64,000 bases of DNA from Thermodesulfobacteriota bacterium (GTDB lineage: Bacteria > Desulfobacterota > Desulfarculia > JACQYL01): positions 2,848,001 to 2,912,000 of the forward strand of contig CAXXLZ010000002.1 in NCBI GenBank assembly GCA_963675595.2, read 5' to 3'. A program made the translations under genes and the position numbers. Below, piece after piece: positions 44,722 through 55,132 of the stretch. The notes under the pieces were generated by a model that worked only from the letters and a program-made list of their open reading frames with translations, ran no database searches and was not told where the DNA came from. Numbering within the stretch: position 1 is the stretch's first letter; every line of letters begins with the position of its first letter.

Positions 44722-45348
44722 ATGACTGCGAAAAACCTAATTTTGGGGGCCTGCCTCGTCGTGCTGTCGGGTGCGGCCGATGCTTCGGCTGTTATCAGTA
44801 TTCCCGTACCCTCTCACGCGGTGGAACACGCCGTGTTCCATTTCAACCGGGAAGCCTCCTTGTTTGTCTGGTCTGATACCCGAGATATCCACGTTTACCT
44901 GCGTTTGCGTGCCGACGACTACTTCATCTGCGGCAAAGGGTTTGCCGTGGAACAAGACGGCGTCGAAGTCGCCGATGGTTTGAAATTACTCCGAATCTCC
45001 GACGACGCGGAGGTGTGTACCCCCGTCACGGGACACACGCAGATGATCCTGCGCGACCCCTCGGAACACATTGATCCCGCATCGCCCCTGGAAGTGGTGT
45101 TCTCGGACAACCGAGTCTACCGGTTTTCCATCATTCCCCGAGCCGAGGCCCCGGACCCGGAGCTCGTGGACGCCTTCCGTCCCGTGTATCGCTTCTTCAA
45201 TCTGGAAACCGGCGGCCATTTCTTCACCATTTCGGAAGGGGAAAAGGACGCCGTTCAAGAGAATTACCCCGATCTGTTTCGCTACGAAGGCATCGGATTT
45301 TACGCCATTCCCAAGGACTATTTTGAGAAAGGCGCACCGTCGGAGTGA
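44722..45348 (+). CDS. Secreted hypothetical protein with one C-terminal DUF5648-like repeat
   Basis: Signal peptide; PVYRFFNLETGGHFFTISEGEKD....FRYEGIGFYA. Confidence 0.65.
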   Translation: MTAKNLILGACLVVLSGAADASAVISIPVPSHAVEHAVFHFNREASLFVWSDTRDIHVYLRLRADDYFICGKGFAVEQDGVEVADGLKLLRISDDAEVCTPVTGHTQMILRDPSEHIDPASPLEVVFSDNRVYRFSIIPRAEAPDPELVDAFRPVYRFFNLETGGHFFTISEGEKDAVQENYPDLFRYEGIGFYAIPKDYFEKGAPSE

Positions 45349-45450
45349 GTTCCCGTGATTCTCGACCTCCGTTGAGACCATAACCAATGAAGGTCGGCCT
45401 CCGGGCGTTGTTCGGACCGCCGCCCTTGAAGCACGGAAAACTGAAAATTA

Positions 45451-45479
45451 TTGACACGGAACCGTCATGGTGATAAAGG
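45451..45479 (+). promoter_or_regulatory. Putative sigma70 promoter for tRNA-Pro
   Basis: TTGACA-17 bp-TAAAGG with extended -10 TG and an upstream A-tract. Confidence 0.55.
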
Positions 45480-45519
45480 GTGTTTTTCGCTTGCGGGAAT
45501 CCGTTCCCCGGCGGACGAT

Positions 45520-45596
45520 CGGGACGTAGCGCAGTCTGGCAGCGCACCTGAATGGGGTTCAGGGGGTCGGGAGTTCAAATCTCCCCGTCCCGACCA
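45520..45596 (+). tRNA. tRNA-Pro (anticodon GGG)
   Basis: Acceptor stem cgggacg/cgtcccg plus ACCA; anticodon arm cctga-atGGGgt-tcagg; T-loop gttcaaatc. Confidence 0.96.
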
Positions 45597-45615
45597 TAAA
45601 AAGATACAATAAATT

Positions 45616-45650
45616 AGCGGGTCGGCTTCATGAGGCGGCCCGCTTTTTTT
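45616..45650 (+). terminator. Rho-independent terminator after tRNA-Pro
   Basis: agcgggtcg...cggcccgct stem followed by a T-run. Confidence 0.85.
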
Positions 45651-46157
45651 ATGCACTCCGGATCGAGGGGCCATGATATCCTCCTTTTCCCCGGTCATCG
45701 CTTCGATTTCATTGCTCCCGCCGTTGTTCCGCACCCAATTTGAGTACTTATAACGGACAATTTGAGAAGCTCCGGCCCGCTCTGCTCGCCGCTTTCTTCA
45801 CCTCTCCTCCCTTCCATCTCTTCCCCCAATTCCCAATTCATTCTTTCCTTTTCCGCCGAATCACGTTGAGAATGAACTCAATCACCATCCTTTTCCAACG
45901 AAAGGAGCACAAGGTGGGTGCCATGGTTCGAGAAGAGACTCGGCCGAGGCTGGTTGAGCTGGGCGCCGTTCGGGGCCCAATGCAGGAAGGGATGTGGCAC
46001 CTCCGCGAGACGCACCTCAGGGAATCAAGCCTCTGGAGGGGCTGCTGTCCCAGTCGGTCAATTCTCCGAGGGGCGAATCGCAGCGGGCAGGACCAAAGCC
46101 GTCGGGCATGCGATACGCGAGCGCATCCTCCCGACGGCCGGGTCCGGATTCTTCGGC

Positions 46158-49049
46158 TTAAGCGGACTTCGTTGTTCGCAAGAGAAACATCCCGAAAAAT
46201 GCCGTCAGGATCGACAAGAAGAACATGCCGACGGGAGAGAGGGTGGATACTTGGGCCACGGCCGGTTTGGGCTCGGCGTAGCGCCCCGGCCCTCCCGGAT
46301 CCGTGATGGTGGAGGGGTCTCCGTCCGTGTCATAAGGTCCACCTTCCTTGAGTACGAAGACGATCCTGGTCTTGCCGGGCACTGAGGTATGATCCACTTC
46401 CACGGCCAAGTTCACCCAGGATTGGGTAGAACGATTCCATTTGAAATAGCCTGTAATGGAAGGATCATAGGAAACCAAGACTTCCATGGTCACTTCCTCC
46501 CCCGCCGCAACTCCGTGGACCTCGTAATGGAACACGCCGAAGGGCATGTAGATGTAGTCCGGTACGCCGGCTTCGGCCGGGGACTGCGCCGTCACGTTTT
46601 TGAGGCTGGTTCCGCCGTTTGTTCCGGCGTCCAGAGTAGCGTAATCCCGGTGGTCATAGGTTTCGAGCGAAGCGACATCGGGCTGGTCCTTGTCCGGGAT
46701 GCCGTCTCCGTTGCCGTCTCCCGTGCCGCCTCCGGGAGTGGGCACCCCGTTTTCCTCCCGGGAATCCACCCCGTCCCCGTCATCCCCCGTGGTGAAATCG
46801 ACCTCGCTGCCGTAGGAAGTCCCTGCGGCATTGATTGCATAGGCCCGGACATAATATTGGGTCTCCGTAGACAGCCCGATGAGGGAACTGATGAAGGAGC
46901 CCGTGCCGGCGCCGTCCGTGGTTTTATGGTCGCTGGTATCGGGGTTGCCGGTAGTGTTCCAGCACACGCCCCTGGCGGTGACTTCCGCACCGCCGTCATC
47001 AGTGACGTTGCCGCCGGAAGCAGCCGAGGTGCTTGTGATGGATGAGGCTTCGGTGGTGGTCACCGTGGGCGGCGCCGGATCAGACAATTTAAGGACAAAT
47101 ATGTCGAAGTCCCCACTCTGCGCATGGCTGGGTTCCGTCCCGTCGAAATCCCAGGATGAGTGGCTGTCGCCTGCCACGTATACCCCATCCCCTGAAACCA
47201 CAATGCCCCGTGAACCGTCAACGTCCGCCGACCCGTAAAAACCATGCCACCGGTAGTTCCCACCGGCGTCCAGCTTGAGGACAAATAAGTCGAAGTCCCC
47301 ACTGTGGGCATGTGTGGGTTCCGTCCCGCCTACATTCCAGGATGTGCCGCTGTATCCTGTTATATAGGCCCCATCGCTTCTAACCGCTATTCCACGGCCT
47401 TCGTCAAAATAGCTTTCCGACCCGTAAAAAGTATGCCACTGGTAGTTCCCGTCCGTGTCCAGCTTGAGAACCACTATGTCGTCATACCCGCCGTAGGCAT
47501 GGATCGGCTCCGTCCCATCTACGGTCCAGGATGCGTAGCTTTGGCCGGTTACGTAGACCTCATCAATTGTGGTCGCTATGCCGGAGCCGAAGTCAAAAGT
47601 GCTTCCCGATCCGTAAAAAGTATGCCATTGGTAATTCCCGTTGGTGTCCAGTTTGAGGACCACGATGTCGCTAGGCCCGCTGTAGGGGTGCTTGGGTTGC
47701 GTCCCGTCTGCATTCCAGGTTGCGTAGCTGTTTCCGGTTACGTAGACCCCGTTGCCTGTGGCCGTGATGCCGTTGCCTTCGTCAAAATTACCCTCTGATC
47801 CGTAAAAGGTATGCCACTGATAGTTGCCGTCCGCGTCCAGCTTGAGAACCACGATGTCACGTTCCCCGCCGAAGGCATGCTTGGGTTCCGTCCCGCTTGC
47901 GGTCCAGGTTGCGTCACTGTATCCGGTTACATAAATCCCGTCGCTTGTGGCCGAGATGCCGAGCCCTTCATTGCTTTCCCACTCGGAACTCCCTGCTCCG
48001 TAAAAAGTATGCCACTGGTAGTTCCCGTCGGCGTCCAGCTTGAGAACCACGATATCCTGAAACCCACTGTAGGCGTGTTTAGGCTCCGTCCCGTTTACGG
48101 TCCAGGTTGCCTTGCTGTATCCCGTTACATAAACCCCATCGCTTGTGGCCGCGATACCTCTGCCGGAGTCCTCATATGCCGATCCGTAAAAGGTATGCCA
48201 CTGGTAGTTCCCGTCGGCGTCCAGTTTGATGATCACGATGTCGTCATTCCCGCCGGGATGGATGGGCGCTCTCCCATCCATGTCCCAGGGTCTAAGGCTG
48301 AGCCCCGCTACATAGACCCCATCCCCTGAAACCGCGATGCCAAAGCCGAAGTCTAATCTGGATGCACCAAAAAAAGTATGCCACTGGTAGGTGGGGTCAA
48401 TCATGAGGGGGTAGTTCGAATCCCAAGATCCCAGGACAAATCCCACGGTCCGATCCTCATACTTCTTGAATGCGACGTCCACGGAAACCTTCCTCCCGTC
48501 GACCTCCTGCCACGCCCTCGGCCTGCTCAGAGTGAAATACCCCCTGTTGGTCGCCCGCAGCAATCGAAGCTCACCGTCCTCCCGGATTTTCAAATCCATG
48601 TTGTAGCGAATCCGGATCTTTTCCGGATCGGCTCCGGGATCGACCAGTTAGACGCTTTCCGCAAGTCCCCCTGAAACCCGATCATAGCGCACCGTTATTC
48701 CTTTCCAAAGCCCCGCATAGGTCACCCCATGGAAGCCGGGAGCACCCTTCTCCCTTTTTTCGGATTCGGGGCCCTGTTCTTTCTCTGTTGCCGGGGCCGC
48801 CGACGGCGGAACACCCGATGTACCCACAAACTCTTCGATCAGGGCGTAGCCGAGCCCGACCATATAGACCTTCTGAGGAGTGAAGCCCAGGACATGCCCG
48901 CCCGACTGGAACTGGAGGATATCACCCTGATCGGCGGGAAGAGAAACGGCCTTATTGGGAACCACCGCCCGGGCAATGCCGGAACCGCTTAGGATAACAA
49001 CCAAAATAAGGGAAAAGACCCATGCCGTGCGCACCCCCAAATGCCTCAT
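46158..49049 (-). pseudogene. Large surface protein (N-domain, 7 SBBP beta-propeller blades, FN3-like, choice-of-anchor U-like, IPTL-CTERM-like) split by one in-frame TAA at 48648-48650
   Basis: ORFs 48648-49049 and 46158-48599 share a frame; the 16 intervening codons read LVDPGADPEKIRIRYN, a motif typical of this protein class. Signal peptide is in the 5' part; the 3' part ends VSTLSPVG-TM-RTTK. Confidence 0.75.
47085..48400 (-). repeat. Seven intragenic ~62-codon repeats (beta-propeller blades)
   Basis: Recurrent DIVVLKLD.DGNYQWHTFYGS...G.GI.....VYVTG.S; also visible at DNA level (ccgtaaaaagtatgccactggtagtt). Boundaries approximate. Confidence 0.85.
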
Positions 49050-49348
49050 GCCTCGCCCTTTCATCCTATTCAAGATACTTCCGTATCCGGACCTCGGAGG
49101 TGAATCGTATGAGCCGTCCGCTTTCCAGGATGCAGCGTTTGCGTAAAATCGTTGCGTATCCATGGCGGCTTGTTTTGCTTTCCACCCCTGTTTGTCCGGC
49201 CGGGTAAAATCGCCCCATCGTGCAGGCGCACGGGTTCCTCTTGCGGGCGCGGGAACCGAAGGGGATTTGCTCCGCTCCCGGCTCAGTCAACGGGACGAGA
49301 GATGTTGACTCTGCGATTTGAAAGGTAACAAGGAGCAGCGATCTTGTA

Positions 49349-49464
49349 TGCAATGGGAACCACTTACATGTTTGCACGGGAACACCCCTACACGCTTGCA
49401 AGGGAATTCCCTTTCACGTCTGTGAGGGTAATCCCTTACGGGCGTGTAAGTAGATCCCGTTGCA
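49349..49464. promoter_or_regulatory. Array of five 20-bp palindromic boxes at an exact 24-bp period (consensus ~TGYAAGGGAATTCCCTTRCA)
   Basis: Boxes start at 49349, 49373, 49397, 49421, 49445, separated by 4-bp spacers; located between two divergent surface-protein genes. Confidence 0.7.
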
Positions 49465-49591
49465 TACAAATCTGAGGGTCCCTGCTAGGGTACATACTCT
49501 AGGATATCCGTCCTGAGGTTACTTCGAAGGGGTAGCAAGCACTGACGCAGGATTTAGGTGGGCTTGGAAACAATGAGGAGGAGCTTGTGCT

Positions 49592-51070
49592 ATGAATCCA
49601 AAAGGGTGGAGGCTCGCAGGCGCGGTTGCGGTATCAGTCGTTTCGGTCTTCTTGGTGACTTCGGTTTGGGCCGGCACGGTAACGAGCCTAAATGACGGTG
49701 GCCCTGGGTCACTGCGACAAGCTATTGCCGACGCCGTTTCCGGAGAGACCATCGATTTTGCCGTCACGGGCACCATCACCCTGACGAGCGGAGAACTCTC
49801 CATCGACAAAGACCTCACCATCACCGGACCCGGCGAGAGTCAACTTACCATAAACGGCAACAATAACAGCCGCGTATTCTATGTTGGCACCTTCACAGTG
49901 ACCATCTCCGGCTTGACCATTACGGAAGGCTACACGAACGGCAATGCCGGCGGCATCTTCAACCTTGCAGGAACCCTGACCCTGACCAATTGCACCGTGA
50001 GCGGCAATAATGCCGACGCCGCCGCCGGCGGCATCTACAACCTTTTTGGAACCCTGAGCCTAACGAATTGCACCGTGAGCGGCAATAATGCCCACGGCTC
50101 CTATGGCGGCGGCATCTACAACCTTGGAGGAACTCTGACCCTGACCAATTGTACCGTGAGCGGCAATACGGCGGGAAATGACGGAGGCGGCATAGACAAC
50201 TATGACGGAGATGCGACCCTTGCCGACTGCACCATCAGCGGTAATTCGGCAGCCGGCCACCGCGGCGGCGGCATCGAGCACTATGAAGGGACTATGACGC
50301 TCACAAACTGCACCGTCAGCGGCAATACGGCCGCCATAGGCGGCGGCATCCACGACTTCTATCAAAACACGACGCTCACAAACTGCACCGTCAGCGGCAA
50401 TACGGCCGTCGTAGGCGGCGGCATCGCAGCCCAACAAGAAGGAGTCGTCAGTTTCAAGAACACCATCATCGCCGACAACAGCGACACAAACGGTGCACCC
50501 GACTGCTGGGTCGATCCCATAGGCACATATACACTAAAATCCTACGGCTTCAGCCTGGTTGAAGACACCAGCGGCTGCAGAATCTCTGAAGAAGCCAACC
50601 CCGGCACCGACATCACCGGACAGGACCCCAACCTCGGACCCCTTCAGAACAACGGCGGCTCCACGGAAACCCAGGCACTTCTCGAGGGAAGCCCCGCCAT
50701 TGAGGCCGCCCTCGACTGCACCCTCATTGACGGCACATCGCCCGTGACGGAAGACCAGCGCGGAGTATCCCGGCCTCAGGGAGACTACTGCGACATTGGA
50801 GCATATGAAAGCCCTGCAGGCGCCTGCTGCTTCGATGATGAATCGTGCCAAGAACTTTTTGAGACGGAATGCATTTCCGCGGGCGGCACCTATCAAGGAG
50901 ACGTCACGGACTGTGGCGGCGGAACGTGCAGCCAGGCGGTGCCGCCGCCTCTCGAACGGCCTCTGACCACGACCGTCCCGACACTTTCCCCATTTGGAGA
51001 TTTTCTTTTTGTCCTGGTTCTGGGCGTTCTCGGAACGAGCATGGTTCTCCTTCGCAAGCGCAAGGGTTGA
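49592..51070 (+). CDS. Surface protein: right-handed beta-helix repeats, choice-of-anchor Q-like domain, Cys-rich GACC module, IPTL-CTERM-like signal
   Basis: Signal peptide; DGGPGSLRQAI; repeated GGIYN..GTLTLTNCTVSGN; DPNLGPLQNNGG..T..LL.GSPAI..DQRG..R...CDIGAYE; ends VPTLSPFG-TM-RKRKG. Confidence 0.85.
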   Translation: MNPKGWRLAGAVAVSVVSVFLVTSVWAGTVTSLNDGGPGSLRQAIADAVSGETIDFAVTGTITLTSGELSIDKDLTITGPGESQLTINGNNNSRVFYVGTFTVTISGLTITEGYTNGNAGGIFNLAGTLTLTNCTVSGNNADAAAGGIYNLFGTLSLTNCTVSGNNAHGSYGGGIYNLGGTLTLTNCTVSGNTAGNDGGGIDNYDGDATLADCTISGNSAAGHRGGGIEHYEGTMTLTNCTVSGNTAAIGGGIHDFYQNTTLTNCTVSGNTAVVGGGIAAQQEGVVSFKNTIIADNSDTNGAPDCWVDPIGTYTLKSYGFSLVEDTSGCRISEEANPGTDITGQDPNLGPLQNNGGSTETQALLEGSPAIEAALDCTLIDGTSPVTEDQRGVSRPQGDYCDIGAYESPAGACCFDDESCQELFETECISAGGTYQGDVTDCGGGTCSQAVPPPLERPLTTTVPTLSPFGDFLFVLVLGVLGTSMVLLRKRKG

Positions 51071-51409
51071 ATCCTAGCTTTGACTATGGATGATGCATAA
51101 GCTGAACGGCCGCTGCGTTCCATTCTGAGCGGAAATTGCAGAACAAAATTGGAGAAAGCGGCCGAATAGAAGCCATGAGGCAAACATGGTCGTCCTGCGA
51201 AGCTGAATGAATCTGAAAAACGGAACTCTTTTCGGTAAGGGCGCCGATCAGGGGGAGCCGAGTTCCTGCGGCACAGCCTTTGCAAAAGTAAGCCCCACAA
51301 AGTATAGAAAAGAAGTAGACACAATCTCTCAAATTCAATAGGGACGCAACAGAGTTTTCCCCCATATCGCTCGACTTCTGCATGGGACTCACCGAAACAG
51401 GATGAGGAA

Positions 51410-52537
51410 ATGAAACTCATCGGACGGCTCCCATTCAAAGTTACCTGCCTCTTTGTTCTCCTCGGCCTGCTTTCGGGTGCCTGCAGCCCGCCCGAGCCGA
51501 TAATCCTGGGCTTCTTGGGCGGCCTCACAGGCCGAGTGGCCGATTTGGGTATCGCAGCGCGCGACGGCGTGCAGATTGCCGTAGACCGGTGCAACCAAGC
51601 CGGCGGCGTGAACGGGCGCAAAGTGATCCTGCTGGTCATGGACGACAAGCACGACGCCCCGACCGCCCGGCAAGCCGCCAAAAACCTAATCGACCAGGGA
51701 GCGAGCGCGATCATCGGCCCCACGACCAGTGCCATGGCCGTAGCCGTGACTCCGGTCGTGAACGACGCCAAGGTTGTTTGTCTGAGCCCGACCGCCACCA
51801 CCGAAGACCTCTCCGGCAAGGACGACTACTTCCTGCGGGTGACAAGCACCACCAAGCTTTTTGCCGCCACCAACGCGAACTACCAGCTGAAGACCAAAAG
51901 GATGCGACGCGTGGCGGCGGCTTATGACCTGGGCAACCGGAGCTTCAGCGAAAACTGGATCAACAATTTCGCCGCCGCCTTGGAGAAAGGCGGCGGCGCG
52001 CTGGTAGCCAAGAAGGGCTTCACATCGGGCGAGATGACCAGCTACGCCAAGTTCGCGGCAGAGTTGCTGGCCGCCAAGCCGGACGGAGTGGTAATAGCGG
52101 CGAACGCCATGGACTCCTCGTTGCTTTGCCAGCAAATCCGAAAGCTGGACTCCCACCTACCCATAACCCTGGCGGACTGGGCGGCCCAGGAGCGCCTCAT
52201 CGAGCTGGGAGGCAAAGCGGTGGAAGGCGTCACCGTGATCCAGACCTTTGACCGGGACAACAAGTCTCCCCGCTACCAGGAGTTTCGCAACGTCTACAAG
52301 GGGCGTTTCGGCCGGGAACCCGGCTTCGCCGGCGTATATGCTTACGATGCCGCCAAGCTGGTGCTTGACGCGTTGTCCCGCAGGACCGGGAACGAGACTT
52401 TGAAGCAGGCTATTTTGTCTTCGCCGCGATATGAAGGGTTGCAGGGCGAACGCACAATGACCCCATTCGGCGATGTAGACAATTTGAAGTGCTCCATCAG
52501 CATGGTCAAGGACGGCCGTTTCGTGGTGTTGGAATAG
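51410..52537 (+). CDS. LivK-like periplasmic substrate-binding lipoprotein
   Basis: Lipobox LSGAC; LTGRVADLG, GGVNGRKV, IIGPTTS, AYDAA. Confidence 0.88.
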   Translation: MKLIGRLPFKVTCLFVLLGLLSGACSPPEPIILGFLGGLTGRVADLGIAARDGVQIAVDRCNQAGGVNGRKVILLVMDDKHDAPTARQAAKNLIDQGASAIIGPTTSAMAVAVTPVVNDAKVVCLSPTATTEDLSGKDDYFLRVTSTTKLFAATNANYQLKTKRMRRVAAAYDLGNRSFSENWINNFAAALEKGGGALVAKKGFTSGEMTSYAKFAAELLAAKPDGVVIAANAMDSSLLCQQIRKLDSHLPITLADWAAQERLIELGGKAVEGVTVIQTFDRDNKSPRYQEFRNVYKGRFGREPGFAGVYAYDAAKLVLDALSRRTGNETLKQAILSSPRYEGLQGERTMTPFGDVDNLKCSISMVKDGRFVVLE

Positions 52538-52540
52538 CCG

Positions 52541-55132
52541 ATGCGGACGAAGACCCTGGCTCATAGGCTGCAGATGCTGGTGGCCCTGGTGGCGTTGTTC
52601 CCCCTGATCATCGTGGCCGCTCCGGCCCTTTTCCATCTGCTTCCACAAACCCAGGAAGATATCAGCCGCCACCACGAGGAAATGGCCCTCTCCGTGGCAT
52701 TCCAGATCGTAGACCATCTGCAGGGAGCCGAAAGAGAGCTTCTATCCCTGGCCGACATGCTGCGGCGGCAAGCAGGGACGCCCACCCGCCTGCTGGACGG
52801 CATCCTGGACAGCCATGTGGGCGGCGGCGAGTTCTTCACCGCCATGTACCTATCCTCGCACGCGGACATGGTTATCGGCGTGGGCCTGCCCGTCGGGCAA
52901 AGAGACCGGCGCCCCGACCTGCTGGGCATAGACCTGTCCCGCCGCTGGTTCATCCAAAAGGTCCGCAGCACCGGTAAGTCCGTTTGGTCGGACTCTTTCC
53001 TTTCAACCGTCAGCGGAAAGCTGGCCGTGGACTATGCCGTACCCATGAACGAACAGATACTGGTGGGAGAGATCTCAGCCGGGCGGCTGACGAAGTATGT
53101 CAGCGGCATCCCGGCCCAGTCCCGGCAGGCCATCGTCGTACTGGACGGTCAGGGGCAGGCCATTGCCTATACCCAAGAGGCGTTCGCCGGACATCACCTC
53201 GACTTGGTGCAATCGGACACGGACACCTTCTGGGCGGAGCTCTTTTCCGGCCGGGACGTGAAAGTCTTCGAGCTTTCGGGCAGGAGGTACATCTTCACCG
53301 AGGTGCCGATAAAAAGGCTGGGCTGGAACATCGTTGTGGCCCAGCTTCTTGAGGAAGCACTGAAACCGCTGGTGTCCACGCTGTGGGTGCTGGGCATCGG
53401 AATGCTCACCGCGTTGGCGACCTCGATTTTGGCGGGATGGCTGTTGGCGCGCAAGCCGGCGAGAGACTTCTCCTTACTGGCCGACCAAGCCCGTGCCATC
53501 GCTCAAGGCGATTACAGCCGCGCTTGGCCCGACTCGTCGATCCGCGAGTTCAGAGACTTGAAGGGCGACCTGCAAAAGATGTCATCAGCCATCAGACAAC
53601 GCGAAGAGGATCTGGCTGAGAGCGAAGCCAGGCTGCTCAAGGCCCAGAGCGTAGGCCACGTGGGAAGCTGGGAATTGAACCCGGCCGACGGGGCGATTTG
53701 GAGCTCGGCGGAGGCCTTCCGTATCTATGGCCTACCTCAAAACGAGACCCGGACCATGAGTATGGAAGAAGTAATGAGCATCCCGCTGCCCGAGGAGCGA
53801 GAGCCATTTAAGAAGGCGCTCGACGATCTTCTTTCCAATGGAAAGCCGCTCGATCTCGAATACGCAATAAGGCGAGTGTCCGACAATGAGGTGCGTTACG
53901 TGCACACCAAGGCGGAGCCGACCTTTTCGGCCGACGACCGGCCGGAGAAGGCAATCGGCACGGTCCAGGACGTCACCGAGCGCAAAGAGCTGGAGCAACA
54001 GCTCCTGCACTCGCAAAAGATGGAGGCCGTCGGCATGTTGGCCGGCGGAGTGGCCCACGACTTCAACAACATGCTGGCTGTGATTTTGGGTTACACCGAA
54101 TTAATGCGCCTGCGGATGCCGCCGGATGCCCCCTACTACGAAAAGCTGACGGAGATAGAAAAGGCGGCCGTGCGCTCCAGGGATATCACCCGTCAGCTCC
54201 TGGCATTTTCACGCAAGCAGATCATAGCCCCCAGCCCCCAAAACCTCACCGCCATTGTTAAGGACACCTTGAAGACCCTGACACGACTCATCGGCGAGGA
54301 CGTCAGGTTGACCTTTAAGCCGGTGGAGGACACCTGGCTTGTCAAAGTGGATCCCTCGCAGGTCGACCAGATATTGGTGAACCTGGCCGTCAACGCCCGC
54401 GACGCCATGACGGCGGGGGGAGACCTGATGATCGAGCTGTCCAACGTCATCCTGGACGAAGGATTCTGTCGGCATCACTCCGAGGCCAAACCGGGCCATT
54501 ACGTCATGCTGGCAATGAGCGACACCGGCCACGGCATGGACCGCGTCACCATGAGACGCATATTCGAGCCGTTCTTCACCACCAAAGAGGTCGGCAAGGG
54601 AACCGGCCTCGGGTTGGCCACCGTCTATGGAATCGTCAAGCAAAATGGTGGATTCCTTACCGTGTACAGCGAGGTGGGCCAGGGAACGACTTTCCGTATC
54701 TACCTTCCGCGTTTCCAGGGCCAAAAGCAGGCCGAAGCGACCGCGGGCACGCTTATTCCTGAACCCGGCGCCGGCGACATATTGTTGGTGGAGGATGAAG
54801 ACCTGATGCGGCAGGTTGTGGCCTCGCAACTGGAAGTATTGGGCTACACGGTCACCTCCTTCAAGAGGCCGGAGGAGGCCGTCAAGCTGTGCCAAGAGAG
54901 TGGGTGCCGCTTTGACCTCTTGATCACCGATGTAATCATGCCGGGCATGAACGGCAAAGAGTTGCGCGACGCGATCAGGGCCGTCTATCCGGACATGGGA
55001 GTGCTTTTCATGTCCGGCTGCACCAGTGACGTCATCGTGCAGCGTGGTGTACTGGAACAGGGCGTACACTTTTTGGCCAAGCCCTTCAATCTTGGGGATC
55101 TGGCCCACAAAGTGCGGCAGGCCATGATTTGA
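52541..55132 (+). CDS. Hybrid sensor histidine kinase (Cache, HAMP, PAS, HisKA, HATPase, REC)
   Basis: Two TMs flanking a periplasmic domain; LAGGVAHDFNNML; FEPFFTTKEVGKGTGLGL; LLVEDE..ITDVIMP..KPF. Confidence 0.95.
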   Translation: MRTKTLAHRLQMLVALVALFPLIIVAAPALFHLLPQTQEDISRHHEEMALSVAFQIVDHLQGAERELLSLADMLRRQAGTPTRLLDGILDSHVGGGEFFTAMYLSSHADMVIGVGLPVGQRDRRPDLLGIDLSRRWFIQKVRSTGKSVWSDSFLSTVSGKLAVDYAVPMNEQILVGEISAGRLTKYVSGIPAQSRQAIVVLDGQGQAIAYTQEAFAGHHLDLVQSDTDTFWAELFSGRDVKVFELSGRRYIFTEVPIKRLGWNIVVAQLLEEALKPLVSTLWVLGIGMLTALATSILAGWLLARKPARDFSLLADQARAIAQGDYSRAWPDSSIREFRDLKGDLQKMSSAIRQREEDLAESEARLLKAQSVGHVGSWELNPADGAIWSSAEAFRIYGLPQNETRTMSMEEVMSIPLPEEREPFKKALDDLLSNGKPLDLEYAIRRVSDNEVRYVHTKAEPTFSADDRPEKAIGTVQDVTERKELEQQLLHSQKMEAVGMLAGGVAHDFNNMLAVILGYTELMRLRMPPDAPYYEKLTEIEKAAVRSRDITRQLLAFSRKQIIAPSPQNLTAIVKDTLKTLTRLIGEDVRLTFKPVEDTWLVKVDPSQVDQILVNLAVNARDAMTAGGDLMIELSNVILDEGFCRHHSEAKPGHYVMLAMSDTGHGMDRVTMRRIFEPFFTTKEVGKGTGLGLATVYGIVKQNGGFLTVYSEVGQGTTFRIYLPRFQGQKQAEATAGTLIPEPGAGDILLVEDEDLMRQVVASQLEVLGYTVTSFKRPEEAVKLCQESGCRFDLLITDVIMPGMNGKELRDAIRAVYPDMGVLFMSGCTSDVIVQRGVLEQGVHFLAKPFNLGDLAHKVRQAMI

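Noticed and set aside
47085-48400. Propeller repeats as a diversity-generating retroelement TR/VR pair
   Set aside because: No reverse transcriptase in the window; the repeats are in-frame protein blades and their differences do not look adenine-restricted.
49349-49464. 24-bp periodic repeats as a CRISPR array
   Set aside because: Spacers are only 4 bp, the repeats are degenerate and no cas genes are present.
51170-51260. c-di-GMP-I/GEMM riboswitch (ggcaaac word; also considered 49465-49530 and 36640-36690)
   Set aside because: The GNRA-capped first stem and the GACGCAAA linker are missing.
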